Positions 1-12,013 of a stretch of DNA of 64,000 nt are shown piece after piece (position 1 is the stretch's first letter; each line of letters starts with the position of its first letter). The DNA is from Anthoceros angustus. Its lineage: Eukaryota; Plantae; Anthocerotophyta. The stretch lies in NCBI GenBank assembly GCA_010909165.1, contig VJWM01000007.1:558001-622000 (forward strand). Direction: 5' to 3'. The notes under the pieces are model-generated. The model was not told the origin of the DNA and did not search any database. It was given only the letters and a program-made list of their open reading frames with translations. The position numbers were made by a program, and so were the translations under genes.

Positions 1-559
1 GTTGTAGATTTAGTCTCGGTGCAAGAAATGGTCGATTCGCAGATAAGCCCTCATGAGGGACCATTATAGACTTTGTGTAGCAAATCCTCCCTCTAGAGTT
101 TGAGGAAGTAGATTTTAATCTTTGCTTGTATTGCCAGTATGGCTACACCTACATGTTTTTGTTCTCTCCGAACCTTTTAAGATTTGCCGTTTTCAATTTT
201 CACAACCGTGGGTGTAACATTATAGCTTGTTCGTACTCCACAATGGCGCTGGCCGGTCGGCGCCATTGCTGGGTCCGTGAGGAAGTTTTCCTTATAAATT
301 CATCCTTTCGCCGAACATTTGTACTAACGGAGGGTGTGTTTATTTTCAGAACAGGCGATTCCCGCAGTTTGAAGATGGTGCCTTTTCCGTCAAAGGGGTT
401 TTTTTCCTATCGAAGGGGGTTTATATATTCCCCCTCTTCAAACTTTATGGTGTTGTTAGGGAAAGAAAAAATTATACTTTTTTAGTCATAAATCTCCTTT
501 CAATATTCAACAGATACGACACTTTGCACAAGTAACAAATAGATTATTGATAATTTATT

Positions 560-1316
560 GAATTCCAACAAGATTGAGACATATTGCCATCTGAAATTCC
601 CTAGCGAAAAGCCAACCCATTCTTTCTTTTAGACTAAAAATCTAAACATTACGTCCCTTAAGGGAAGAATTTCCTATAGCCGGGGTTGTGGGATGAGCCC
701 CTCCCCGATTCTAGAGTACATTTGGATCTGGCTTGTTGTAACCATGGCGATCAATGTATTATCATCCATGACGCCATCCGCGGCGTCATGTCTGCAATGA
801 CTCGCAAAAGTGATTACTTGGCTTGGAGCATTGGTACACTCTTCTCACGCGTCAGACAATTAGGGCTAACCTCTTTATCTCGTTTGTGACAACCAAATCT
901 CCATGGTGGTCGTGGTGGTCATTGACCCTACACGAGACACCACGTTTCCTAATGTCATCACTACCTGCCTAGGTAGGGCGGCTAGGGCATTGGCCGAGGA
1001 CTTTGATAGATTTATGAAGTCACGGACTAAAGCCTGTCATACTTACAGACATGGTGTGGGGCTTCCTCTCTCGTACTTCATAACAATGGGTATTCATTGC
1101 TCTCCAACGGGCACTCACAGGAGCCATTCTCAATGACAATGACAATATGTGATGCCATCTCGACAACCTCTATTGTTTGTAGGCCTTTTAACCTGCCTAG
1201 TCATGATATTGTAAGATGCGGAGCGTAGTTGTTTCCTGTTACGCTGATCTTTTGGTTCTTTGAATTGGCCTTTTAAAGATAGATGAGATCACCCATCTCT
1301 TCTCCATTAATAAAAA
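560..1316 (+). mobile_element. Degenerate 3' fragment of a CRE-like (restriction-like endonuclease) non-LTR retrotransposon
   Basis: Broken frames read 'HLDLACCNHGDQCIIIHDAIRGVM' (Zn-knuckle/HD motif), 'VVIDPTR' and 'ALAEDFDRFMKS..KACHTYRHGVGLPLSYF'. These align with the 42044-42349 ORF ('AMAEDFDKFFKSCAKSYHTSKHGAGLSLSYF'). The 5' boundary is approximate. Confidence 0.7.
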
Positions 1317-1858
1317 CCGTCTCTTGCTCTCTATAGAATTCTAATAACAACAATTTTGAGATCTATGATAAATGTATGCGGCGCTTTTTTGGCAGCTTCG
1401 GCAGCGGGTTACGTACCTAGTCCTTTCCGATCCATAATTATAAATTGTAATTGCTAAGCATCCTACGCTTCGATTGGTACTTAGATGGGGTGTTAGAGGG
1501 AGTGGATGGAATTTTTCTACCATGGAACTTGGTACTTGACAGCTTGTACCATGGTGTGCCTCCTTCTTCTTCTTCTATACAAGAAGCAAAAGATTTTCTA
1601 TCCATTGTTTATGAAATATAATTTTCATTTCAGAGTAACTTTGGGTTTTCCTTCACCATATTTTAGAACAATTGAAACTAGAAATCGAGTTTGTAATTCA
1701 TATTACATTTAGGATAGAGTCCAGTGCATACCCAATCCCAAGGGGCCAGGGACTCTGTATGATGTGGGACTTTTAATGCTGCCCTCCGATCGAGCGGATT
1801 TACTCTTGAGATTGGTATGACGATCATCTGCAGTTGGTCTGGTCATGTTGTTCGGCCT

Positions 1859-1905
1859 CCCTCATCTTAGCAGCCCTCATCTTAGCAGCCCTCATCTTAG
1901 CAGCC
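1859..1905. repeat. 15-bp tandem repeat x3 (CCCTCATCTTAGCAG)
   Basis: Three exact copies upstream of MON1. Confidence 0.95.
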
Positions 1906-2064
1906 GGATATTGAATACAGAAACATGATTTCAATCCAATGTTGCTCTGAAGTTGTTATGAGCCCTGCTTAAGGGCTTCCAATTGGGTTGTGCTCCAGCT
2001 CCCAATCGAAGCGCTGTGGAAGTGTGGAAGGGATGTCCAGATTTTGTTGTGCTCCAGCTTACAG

Positions 2065-5000
2065 ATGAAGTCGCCAACGACTAGCAACGGCAGTCATTCC
2101 CCGTCAGCCACTTCGGAGAATGGGTCGAGTGACGTTGAACCAAGCGCACCACAAAACCGTGCCAGTTCAGAGGATTTCATTCCAGCAGAGCATATGATAC
2201 ACGATCGTAAACCGGACGACAGGGCAGATGGAGATCAATCTACACCAAGGCCTTCAGTATCTCCATATTTCACTGGGATTGTGTCGCATGCATTCTCGAC
2301 GGATTACGAGGAACTTTTTGTAAATGATGGATATGGTGACCGTCCTTGTTATCTACCAGATGATGGTCCATCAAGTGATGTCGTGAAGCTACCCGAGTCG
2401 GAACCCGGGTCTTTTAGGGTCAAAGATGACAGCCTCGAGCACGAGGATGGTTTAGACGAACAGACTCTCGATCCTCCTTGTTTAAGCAATAGCCATGAAG
2501 GAACCAGCTGTTACATGGCAGAGAGTGGAAGCAGTCCAACAAGTATTTCAAGTTCCAGTAGCGGAGATCAGGAAACGAGGGATTCGGTGTCAGGGCAGAT
2601 TCAGGAGACAACTGAGAGCACTTCTCCAGTTAATTGGGTTCCAGGAAAGCGTCACCCGAATGAGGTTAGTAGAGTCTGAATATGTCTGTAGCGCCTTCCA
2701 CAGATCCGCACACACCCACCTACAGATAATCTTCTTTGCAGGATGACTCGTTTGAATCTTGGAGGAAGCATCGCAAACATTTCTTTATTCTCAGCAATGC
2801 TGGCAAGCCTATATTCTCCAGGTGTTGCTTGCTTGTACGTCCATGTCCTTGTACTTCACAGCCTTATTCCTGTCCTATTCCTTTAACATCGTATGGCGAT
2901 CCAGGTATGGAGATGAGCATAAATTGGCTGGCTTTTCCGCCACTTTACAAGCAATCATGTCATTTGTTGAGAACAGGTAAGCAACATAGTCCAACCAAAA
3001 GTCTGCTTACAATCTCCAAAGTTTTCATGGTGTTGTCTTGTCTAATGTTCTTTTGGAAGCAAAGTAGCTATTGCATCCATCTTACCCTCTTGCCTTGACT
3101 TATGAATGTTGTAGTGGAGACTTGATGCACTCGATGAAAGCTGGCGATCATCAGGTGATCCTTCTGGTTTCTCAAGGCACATTGCCTAAGCTGTACATCA
3201 CTTTGTCTCAGGCCATTCCACGCTTTCTTCATGAACTCTGCAGGTTGTTTTTCTGGTGAAAGGCCCCCTTTATCTAGTCTCTATCTCTGCAACTGATGAG
3301 CCAATTCAGTCTCTAAAAGGGCAACTAGAGCTTTTGCATGGGCAGGTAACGCCCTTTGACATTTACTGCTCCAGCTACTGTGTGCTCTAGGCACAGTTCA
3401 AGAATGCTAACTTGTTCTGCTGAACGCAGTTGCTACTCATCTTGACGAAGGCTGTGGAAAAGTGTTTCTTGAAAAATCCGAAGTTTGATATGAGGCCCTT
3501 GCTTGGAGGCACCGAGGTTGTCTTTTCTTCCTTGATACATGCCTTCAGCTGGTAGGTCAATATTCGCCTCACATTCAACAGTTTGTTGTACCACGCTGGT
3601 GCTGACAGTCACTTTGCTCCGTTTTTAGTTCTAGTTACTAGCTATCCATAGTGCAATACTTGATTTTTTGAGAGTTTCAGTCGTGATACGTTGTTGGCAT
3701 TTTAGGTTGCATTCGAAGTGATTGAGAGCAAGTTCGTCTGCGTCATCAATTGACATGCGTCAGAGCCTTCAGCCTTGTTATAAAGTTGCCGGTTTGTTTG
3801 ACCAGGAATCCAGGGACCTTCCTCCACGCATATACTTGCCTGCCTCTTCCTTATGTAACAAGACAGGCAGCTGGTGTTGCTCTCCAAGACATAGCTGAGT
3901 CAGGGGCTGTATTTGCTCTTCTGATGTCTGGTACAAAGGTAAGCTTTTGGGTCCTCTGATGTGGTTCATATTTCGTCATGTTCCTAATAATCTATCCATG
4001 TTAGCTACCTTTCCAATGAAGTGGCGGTTTCTTGTGTTTCAGGTCATATGCCTTGCTGGTCCTCGAAAAAGTCCTCTTCATCCTGATGATATATGCTTGC
4101 TGTCCAACTTTATTTCCTCGTCCGAATCATTCAGGTGAAAGGTGAAGACTGGAGTATCTTTAAGTCAATGGCAGCATCAGGTCACGCTTTGCTGATTGTG
4201 TGATTGAAATTGCAGAACCACAGAGTCTTTTTCACCTGTCTGTCTTCCCTGCTACAACGCCACAGCATTTCTGTACGCGTACATACAGTACATAGATGTA
4301 AGTTCCAGGTTAAGTCTGGTGGACACTGAGTGCATGTACTCTGGATCACCTCGGCTTTTCTGCATGTGGATGATCCATTGGGCTGTGATAGACACTGATC
4401 TGAATTGTATGGGAGTCACCTCAATGCTGAATAGCAGGTGTTCTTCTCCTTGTTCCTATTTGGATGCTTGTGTTGAATCCTGCATTGCTCGGTGAGCTGT
4501 GTAATTGTCTAGCAGGACTGAGTGATTTCACGATAACTTTATAACTTTTTCATCATTAGTTTTAGGCTGTCTTAACCTATTTTGGGCTGTGGCTAACTGC
4601 TTTGCTTTATTGTTTGCAGACAGAGACCTGCTTGATTTTGCTCACGGCTGATTCAGGGGCTTTCTTTTATTTGCAACAATGCAGGTATTAGGATGCTTCT
4701 GCCGTTTCGCTGGCTTCATATGGCTTCCAACCTGTGGGCTTTGGATCTGGGTAGAAAGCTGAATCAGAAAGAGATGCAATTAGGGCCTCACAGTGGCTGT
4801 AAGAAACTTGTGTGGTCAACATGGTTCTTATGCTCTTGCAATGGTGACAGGCAACAGGTTGAGACGGTCTTGCGACAAATGAATGTCCTACGGGATATTA
4901 ACCTGTCCCTGCAGAATGGGGGCCTTCATATAGACGAGCTGCCTACATTCAGTCGTAAACAGAAAACATCGGAAACTGCTGGAAGCGTGCAAGGGCCTTC

Positions 5001-5661
5001 AGTGGGAGGTGCTGAAGGCCTGTACCATTTTCTCTATAGAAGTACCTATTTGGACCAGTTTGTGGCATCGGAGTACTCGTCGGACTTACAAAACCAGGCT
5101 GATCAGAAGAGGTTGGAGCTCCGACTCTGATACGTTTTTGTTCTTTAAGCACCCTTGGTTTAGTTGTTTGTGCTTGTCGTTACGGGCCACAGTTATGGAA
5201 AAGGAGCTAAAACGTGTTGCTTGTACGTTTCAGATTGTTCAGAGTTTATCAGAAGCTACATGCCTCCATGCATGACGTGTCCCGTGGAGCTCTCCACAAA
5301 ATGCAATATAGGAGAGATGCCAAGTTTGGTATGCTCGGTTCCTTGTCTTACAAAATTTCGTGCTGCCTTTCTTGTGCTAATTAGGTACTTGATGTTCTTC
5401 CATTCATGGCAGTTCTGCTGGCATGGAGGACCACCGATTTTGAACTGTATGCGGCCTTCAACCCTTCAGCTGAGAAGGTGTGTGAGCATTGTTGAGTATG
5501 GATGATATGTGAGCTGGACCGCATACTCACAAATTCAAGCTAAGCGGGGTGTATGTCTGATGCAGAGCTCCGCGATAGCTGTATGCAACAGAGTATGTCA
5601 CTGGCTGCGCGACATGGAAAGTGACATTTTTCTTCTGGGAACAGCACCATTCAATTGGTAA
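2065..5661 (+). CDS. MON1: Vacuolar fusion protein MON1/SAND (Rab7 GEF subunit), multi-exon
   Basis: Spliced exons give '[44 protein letters not shown]', '[10 protein letters not shown]', '[12 protein letters not shown]', '[10 protein letters not shown]' and '[20 protein letters not shown]'. The C-terminus is 'LLGTAPFNW*' (TAA 5659-5661). The start ATG at 2065 is less certain. Confidence 0.95.
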
Positions 5662-5796
5662 GTTAAGCAAATCACTGTACGATTGAGCAATTGCGCCCAC
5701 TCTCCGTTGGTTGTCAGCAAAACCGGGTCTGGTGGCTCAGTTGCCTGGCTTCTATCCCGTTCTATTATCCAAAGTAATCATCACTAATTGTATTGC

Positions 5797-6260
5797 ACCT
5801 CCGTCGATACGACGCTGCCGGTTCCACGAGGACTTCGTCCGCGCCTCTCTCCGGTGCGGCTGCATCAGGACTGTTGTTGTCGTCCTGATGAGTCTCGTTT
5901 CCGAATCTTGATCATGTGCCTTGTCTCAAACTCCACAAGCTCTGCCCTCCTCGTCTCGTGAACTTTTCTGAGTTTGCCCGTCATTTCTTGCAACCCGTTC
6001 ACGACCTCTTTCCACAGTTTTCTCCCCTCCATAAGTCCACCGATCTTTCGGAAGCACTTCCTCTGCGGCTCGATAGCGTTGTCTCGGCCGTATGCTCTTT
6101 CAGCTGCAGCTGGAGTTCAGAATTTGGAATTAAGCTCGGATCCTCCCCGGCTTCCACCACGCTCAACTCCCGTCTCCACTGGGAGAGGTTCGCAGCAGAC
6201 TCGTGACTTATTACCATGCTGTTGAGGGCAAATTTGGCAAAAGAGAAAAGTGCGCCGGGC
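5797..6260 (-). pseudogene. Degenerate copy of prefoldin subunit 2 including its 5' flank
   Basis: Colinear similarity to 11258-11820, e.g. 'ccttgtctcaaactcca', 'gcacttcct', 'gagttcagaa' and 'agggcaaa...ggcaaa', with many indels and substitutions and no intact frame. Confidence 0.85.
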
Positions 6261-6390
6261 ATTGGTGCGTCGTGTCGTTGGGAAGACAAGGAACAACGAG
6301 CAGCCCTGCCAGGCTTATTGCTCCAGGGCTGAATACCGACCTGTATACATACCAAGGAATCTGTCCACTCCGCCGCCACCTAACAGCGTA

Positions 6391-9300
6391 ATGTGCGCCC
6401 TCACAGCCTCAGGCTTGGCTCTGAGGACTGGTGCCTTCCAAGATGCAGCACGAGCGTCGATGTGGTCCTGGAAGCGTCACCTGAGCAAGCTGGGAACCGC
6501 AGTGCGTCCTGATGTATTTGACTTGACGTGAGTGGGGGCCCGTGCACAGGAATGTGCCAGTGTAGAGATGCTCGCCAGGCTCCTCACTGGTTTGCTTGTG
6601 TTTTATAGACGTCCGCACACCTGGTACCCATTTGCCAGGTCCAAAAAGAGGCAAATTGTGTTACATGTCGGCCCGACCAACAGTGGCAAGACCTACTCGG
6701 CACTGAAGCGCCTTCAAGCATGCTCCTCTGGTGATTGCCTGGCCCCAGAGCAAACCTGCTTTTTGGCTGTTATACCCTACAACTATATCTGTTTGCTGCT
6801 GGAATTGGAATTGGTGCAGGTGTCTACTGTGGCCCTTTAAGGCTTCTGGCGTGGGAGGTAGCAGAACGCTTGAATCTGGCAAACATCCCTTGCAGCCTTA
6901 TCACCGGACAGGAGAAGAAGGAGGTTGATGGTGCAAAACACAAGGCCATGACAGTTGAGATGGCTGATGTTACAACGGCATACGAATGTGCCATCATCGA
7001 TGAAATTCAGGTGAACCAGTACTCTTACGTTCGAGACTGGAGTTCTTTTGTAAAAGCTGTGGATGACCAGACTCTCAGAGTTTGAGAGAGTATTTGCAGA
7101 TGCTTGGCTCCCGAGATAGAGGCTCTTCAGTGACTCGTGCTCTCCTAGGCCTGGCTGTCGATGAGCTGCACCTTTGTGGAGATCCAGCTGCAGTCCCCCT
7201 AGTGGAGAACCTTGTTGCTGAAATGGGAGATTCGCTTCAGGTGACTTTCAGTTGCAGTTTTGCTGGATGTCCACACTCCCTGCTGGTTGAAAAAGTAAGT
7301 CCTGGAATGCTCCATGCAGGTCCACCATTACGAGCGTTTGGCTCCATTGACAATATCTGAGTCTGCACTCAGCAAGTATTCAAGGATACGAAGGGGGGAT
7401 TGCGTTGTAGCATTCTCTCGCACTGACATATACCAAATTAAGGCTAGTTTGATATACCTTGTCTCTTCTACTCCGCTGAGACATGTGATCTGTGCTCATC
7501 AAGGTCACGCGCACTGTGGTTGCCTTTCAGTCTGCGATTGAGAAAAAGGGGAAGCATCGTTGCTCAGTCATCTATGGAAGCCTACCTCCTGAGGCACGTA
7601 AAGGGCAGGTACATAGTTTTCTGTCCTTACTTCGCAAATGGGAGCAGCTCAGTCATTTGTCCTCATCAGCTGATGAGACGGCTCGTTTTTGTAACAGGCT
7701 GAGAAATTCAACGATCCAATCAGCGGATATGACACTCTCGTAGCCAGTGATGCAGTGGGAATGGGCTTGAATCTAAATATACGACAAATCGTATTCTCAA
7801 CTCTATCAAAGTTTGATGGCACAAGTGTTCGTCCACTTGATGTCGTCGAAATTAAACAGATTGCGGGTGGGCCTTCCGGAGCTGCTATATCTTCCGTTGT
7901 ATTGTTTCTCATGGTTACTCGCATCAACGCCCAATGGTAATTGCTACTCAGGGAGGGCTGGAAGGTTTGGTAGTAAATATCCTCGAGGATATGTGACTTG
8001 CTTGAAAGAAAGTGATATGCCCAAATTGCATGAAGCACTTGCAGCACCATCCCCCCTCGTTAAGGTGAGGCCCCTCTCTCCTACTTTCTGTATGCATGGA
8101 AATTTGGGTTCTTCAGAAAGGTCGTAAGCCACTACAGGGCTTACATCTTGCAACAGGCTGCTGGACTTTTCCCTTCATTAGAGCAGTTGACTCTCTATTC
8201 TGAAATGCACCCGGCGAAGACATTCAGTGAGGTCTTGGTGAGTACGTTGGATTCTCTGCTCCTTTATGCATCTTCCTTTTCCACATATTTGAATGCTGAT
8301 GTTCACCGCTTGTGCAGAAACTGTTCATGAAAAAAGCCAGGCTTTCGTCCAATTATTTTATGCGGGACTGCGATGACATGTTGGTATATAACTCATCCTT
8401 ATATCTGTGAAGAGAATGCTGACGCCACTCTCACCGTGCAGACAAGAGACCGCAATCACCTGGATGCTTTGCTTGCAGGCAGTTGCACAAATGTTGGAGA
8501 AGATACCGTTGACCTTGTCGGAGCGCTACATCTTCTCCCTCAGGTGTGCTTGTACATCGATTGTACATGATTTCAGAGTTAAATCCTCTGGTTCTTTCAT
8601 ATTAAGTATGATGGCTCTTGCGATGCACTTTGTTTCTGATATTGTGGTGGTGGAATGGTGTGCCGTGACAGTCCTGTGGAGACGGATGATCCAATATCAA
8701 TGACTGCTTTGCTTAAGGTATAGCTCCTCTTGGTTTAAACTTGTCATTGCAAATGGGGTAGCTGTTAGTTGACCTTATTGTGTCGATCCGCAGTTTGCTA
8801 CAGAGTACTCTGAAGATGGGCTGGTACAACAAGAAAAAATCTTTACTTCCAAAACCATTCGTCTGCCAAGGACACAGATTCGCCTGAAAGAGCTAGAATC
8901 CCAGCACAAGGTGCGCTTACCATCTGTGTCTTCACCTCTGTGTTCCTCTTCAAATCATACACGACAAAACTCGCACGGCTGTCTCTTTTAAGTTGGAAGA
9001 AGAATTACGTTTGACCTACATTCCCAATGCAGGTGATTGACCTTTACATATGGTTGAGCCTTCGATTCGGGGATGCCTTTGTCGATCATGACATCGCCGT
9101 GACACAGAAGAAGCTTTGCGGAAGGTAAGTTGAGTCTTTAGCAAACAGGTTTTCGGTGCAGTAAGATCATGAGGTCTCAAGTGTTCCTGGACTAATGGTG
9201 CAGGGTCATCGAGGAAGGTATCAGAGCAGTGGGTCTAAAGCCAGACAAGCGACAAAAGATCAAAATCCAGCAAAACCGACTAAGGACTGAGGCTTGGGAA

Positions 9301-9453
9301 CTTGAAAGGCAGGAGCTTACTGACTCCGAGTTTGAAGGGGATCGTGACGACGAGGGGTCACAATCTGATGAGGGCTACCAAGACTCAGAAGCTGTGGATA
9401 CGGGGATCAAGGAGGTAGAATTGCGAATGCCTTCATCCAGCGCGCCCGGTTGA
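6391..9453 (+). CDS. SUV3: Mitochondrial ATP-dependent RNA helicase SUV3-like, multi-exon
   Basis: Motifs 'DLTRPHTWYP', '[11 protein letters not shown]', '[13 protein letters not shown]', 'AIIDEIQM', 'GDCVVAFSR', 'VIYGSLPPE', '[13 protein letters not shown]' and 'IKQIAGRAGRFG', separated by short introns. Confidence 0.95.
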
Positions 9454-9588
9454 CAACGTTAGGAGCGTTGACAACGTTAGGAGCATAACTTTGGGGCCTC
9501 GTGCATAACTTCGGGGCCTCGTGCATAACTTCGGGGCCTCGTGCATGACTTCGGGGCCTCGTGCATGACTTCGGGGCCTCGAGTATAA
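9449..9588. repeat. 18-bp duplication plus 20-bp tandem repeat x5 (GTGCATRACTTCGGGGCCTC) at the SUV3 stop/3'UTR
   Basis: The 18-mer GTTGACAACGTTAGGAGC occurs twice and overlaps the stop codon. It is followed by five head-to-tail 20-mers (9481-9580) with no spacers. Confidence 0.95.
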
Positions 9589-10790
9589 TGCACTGAACTT
9601 CATGGTTGGCAGGGTTTTGGAATCCTTCAACGAATACTGAGCATTTTCGTTTTTCTTTAAATTGACGTGCCACATCCTCCGCAACACTAGTTTTCCTTGG
9701 CATGTCTCGACAGTTCCGCTGATAAAAAGGTCGTGTGCAGTGCCACAGTCCGGGACTGGGGCAGCCAATAGGGAGTGCTGCCATCTCCAAGGGATGAATC
9801 TTATCCCTCGCAACGTAATACCTTGTCGCTTACATCACCATCATTGCACGTCCTAGCTTCGTCTCAATACCACATAGGCCATCCTCAGGTGACAACACCC
9901 TCAACAACTTTCTTCCATGTGCCAAGCTAAATTGCTCGGCATGAGCCTACCGCATTTCTATCAAAGTTTCGAGGCAATGTGGAGTGATCCACTTCAAACC
10001 TGCCTCAGCATGACTATTGTAAGACTGATCACATTTTCTCCCAACACTTCCTTCTCACCTGTTGCTCCTTGGTGCTCATCTTTTCCGCACCCCCTGGAGA
10101 TTCTCAAGCTTCTTCAGCCACAAAGGATGGGCATGTGATTGTGACACTTCCGCGGCACACCTGAAGAGCAGCACCAGTTTGGCTCAGTTGCTATCAGGCA
10201 AGCCCACCAAAGAAGTAAAACAAGTAGATGGACCTAAGCACTCAACACAGAAAGTTAAAAGTTTCATTGCAAGTGTTACAATGCAAATCATACTTTAAAC
10301 CTGAGTCCAAATTCAGCAAACACATTTGATCTTGCTTCCCTTCTCGTGGCCTTCAATCTCTATCTGACCCAACGTCCTGTTGACATCGCACAACACGGCC
10401 TGATGAGTCAGGGTTTATCATTGTGACTGTAGCTTCTGACAACCCTTTTGGAGAGAAAAATAGCTGATGTCTTGTTGCTAATCCCACAGCCACATTCGAC
10501 CATGCTGCCACCAAACAAACACGGGGGGGTTAAAATAATCTGTCAAGAACACAAACGACAGTAATTAGGAATCAGAAAGCAGAACATCGGGAAACCTAAA
10601 ATTCCAAACCACAACCAGCAGCTGAACGTTGACAGAATCCAGCAAAGCGAAAACACAGGCAATGGTGTCTTCCATGTCGCACCACAACATTCAGAAAGGT
10701 GACCTTGACACAACGAAGGAACAAAATTAGAGATAAAAAGGAGCACGGGGCTGCCTCAAACAAAACTGCAAGACTGAACGTCGACAGAAT

Positions 10791-10880
10791 TCAGAGGTCT
10801 CCACAAATTATGGGTGTATAATGTGTTTAATGCCGTGGCAACAGAATGCGCTGAAGTTTGATCATCGCACACTTGAGACC
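10791..10880 (-). pseudogene. Diverged tandem paralog of the adjacent snoRNA (probably non-functional)
   Basis: Shares TCTCAAG..GATGAT, TGCCRCGGCATT and ACACCCATA with 10991-11070, but the D'/C'/D boxes and terminal stem are degraded. Confidence 0.6.
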
Positions 10881-10990
10881 GCAAGTGATAGCGATGGGAG
10901 ACAAGCCAAGCACACAAGACCGAGCAAGGTTCGAACAAGATCACAGACGAGTGTCCACACAATTCAGGCATCTTACAGACGTCTTACCCC

Positions 10991-11070
10991 AAGCGCTCAT
11001 ATTCTATGGGTGTGAAGTGTCTTCAATGCCGCGGCATTCAGACCGAGGAATTATTATCATCACCGCGCTT
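10991..11070 (-). ncRNA. Box C/D snoRNA with two 18S rRNA 2'-O-methylation guides
   Basis: The minus strand reads AAGCGC-G-GTGATGA(C)-TAATAATTCCTCGGT-CTGA(D')-ATGCCGCGGCAT-TGAAGA(C')-CACTTCACACCCATAGAAT-ATGA(D)-GCGCTT, with a perfect 6-bp terminal stem. The guides are complementary to the conserved plant 18S segments CGAGGAAUU and AUUCUAUGGGUG (18S sequence recalled, not searched). Confidence 0.85.
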
Positions 11071-11266
11071 GAGAAAACTAGTGTCACAGCCATGAGAGTC
11101 AAGCCATGCGCACTGGAGAAAACAAAAACACGCGACTGCGGCTGGACGGCCAGCACTTGATGTAGAGTTCAGTAACACATACCTCGAAGTCCAGGCATGC
11201 ACAAGAAAACAATCAAAACCTAAACCTGGACAGATACGGCAGTCATATCCTGACCTACCTCCGTGG

Positions 11267-11698
11267 CTACGACGCTGTCGGGCCGACAAGAACTCCTTGC
11301 GCGCCTCCCTCCTTCGGTGCAGCTGCATCAGAACTGTTGTTATCCGATGCGTCTCCTCTCCGAACCCTGATCTTGTACCTTGTCTCAAACTCCAAAAGCT
11401 CTTTCCTCTTCTTCTCGAGAGCTTCCGCGAGTTTACCAATCACTTCTTGCAATCCGTCCCCATTGTTCTGGACAGCGGGTATGACCTCTTCTACGGTTCT
11501 CTCCACCAAGACTCCGCCGATCATTCGAAAGCACTTCCTTTTGGGGTCCAGGTGCTTGATCGCGTTGATCACAAGCGTGTGCTCATTTAGCTCCAGTTCG
11601 AGTTCAGAAATCTTGGAATACAGCTGGTTGAGCTCGGAGCGCAGAAGATTCCACTTCCCGACCACCGCCTGCTCGTTCACTGCCTCCACATGTGACAT
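11267..11698 (-). CDS. PFD2: Prefoldin subunit 2 (single coding exon)
   Basis: 'NEQAVVGKWNLLRSELNQLYSKISELELELNEHTLVINAIKHLDPKRKCFRMIGGVLVERTVEEVIPAV...QGVLV'. ATG at 11698. Confidence 0.95.
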   Translation of the reverse strand: MSHVEAVNEQAVVGKWNLLRSELNQLYSKISELELELNEHTLVINAIKHLDPKRKCFRMIGGVLVERTVEEVIPAVQNNGDGLQEVIGKLAEALEKKRKELLEFETRYKIRVRRGDASDNNSSDAAAPKEGGAQGVLVGPTAS

Positions 11699-12013
11699 CT
11701 CCTCGCCGCCTTCCGCCCTGCTCGGCGCCGTTTTGCACTGAAAGGTTTGCAGGAGGCTCACTATTTAACACCCTTCTGGTAAGGGCAAACAAGGCAAACG
11801 GAGGAACCTAAACGCCGAACAGACTGCCCGTGCGAGGTTGATGGATTTTCGCACTTCCGACGCATTACAACATATTCAATGAATTTTAAACCATCTGATT
11901 TACAAAACTCGAGAAGTACCTACACGTTCAGTGTGACACGGGTTACAAAGAAGAACACATCGTAGTCCAGTAATTGATTGGTAACAAGTCCTGCGGCTAC
12001 TGGACTATCACAA

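Noticed and set aside
9481-9580. 20-bp (and the 24/29/39-bp) arrays as CRISPR-like repeats
   Set aside because: They are head-to-tail with no unique spacers, no cas genes are present, and the context is eukaryotic.
10791-10803. TGGAGACCT-CTGA as a 25S rRNA guide in the second snoRNA-like unit
   Set aside because: It is only 9 nt and aligns with the non-guide 3' flank of the first unit, so it is likely chance.
10975-10997. Resemblance of minus-strand GCGCTTGGGGTAAGACG to the plant U4 5' end
   Set aside because: The match is short, has no downstream U4 body or Sm site, and overlaps the snoRNA terminal stem.
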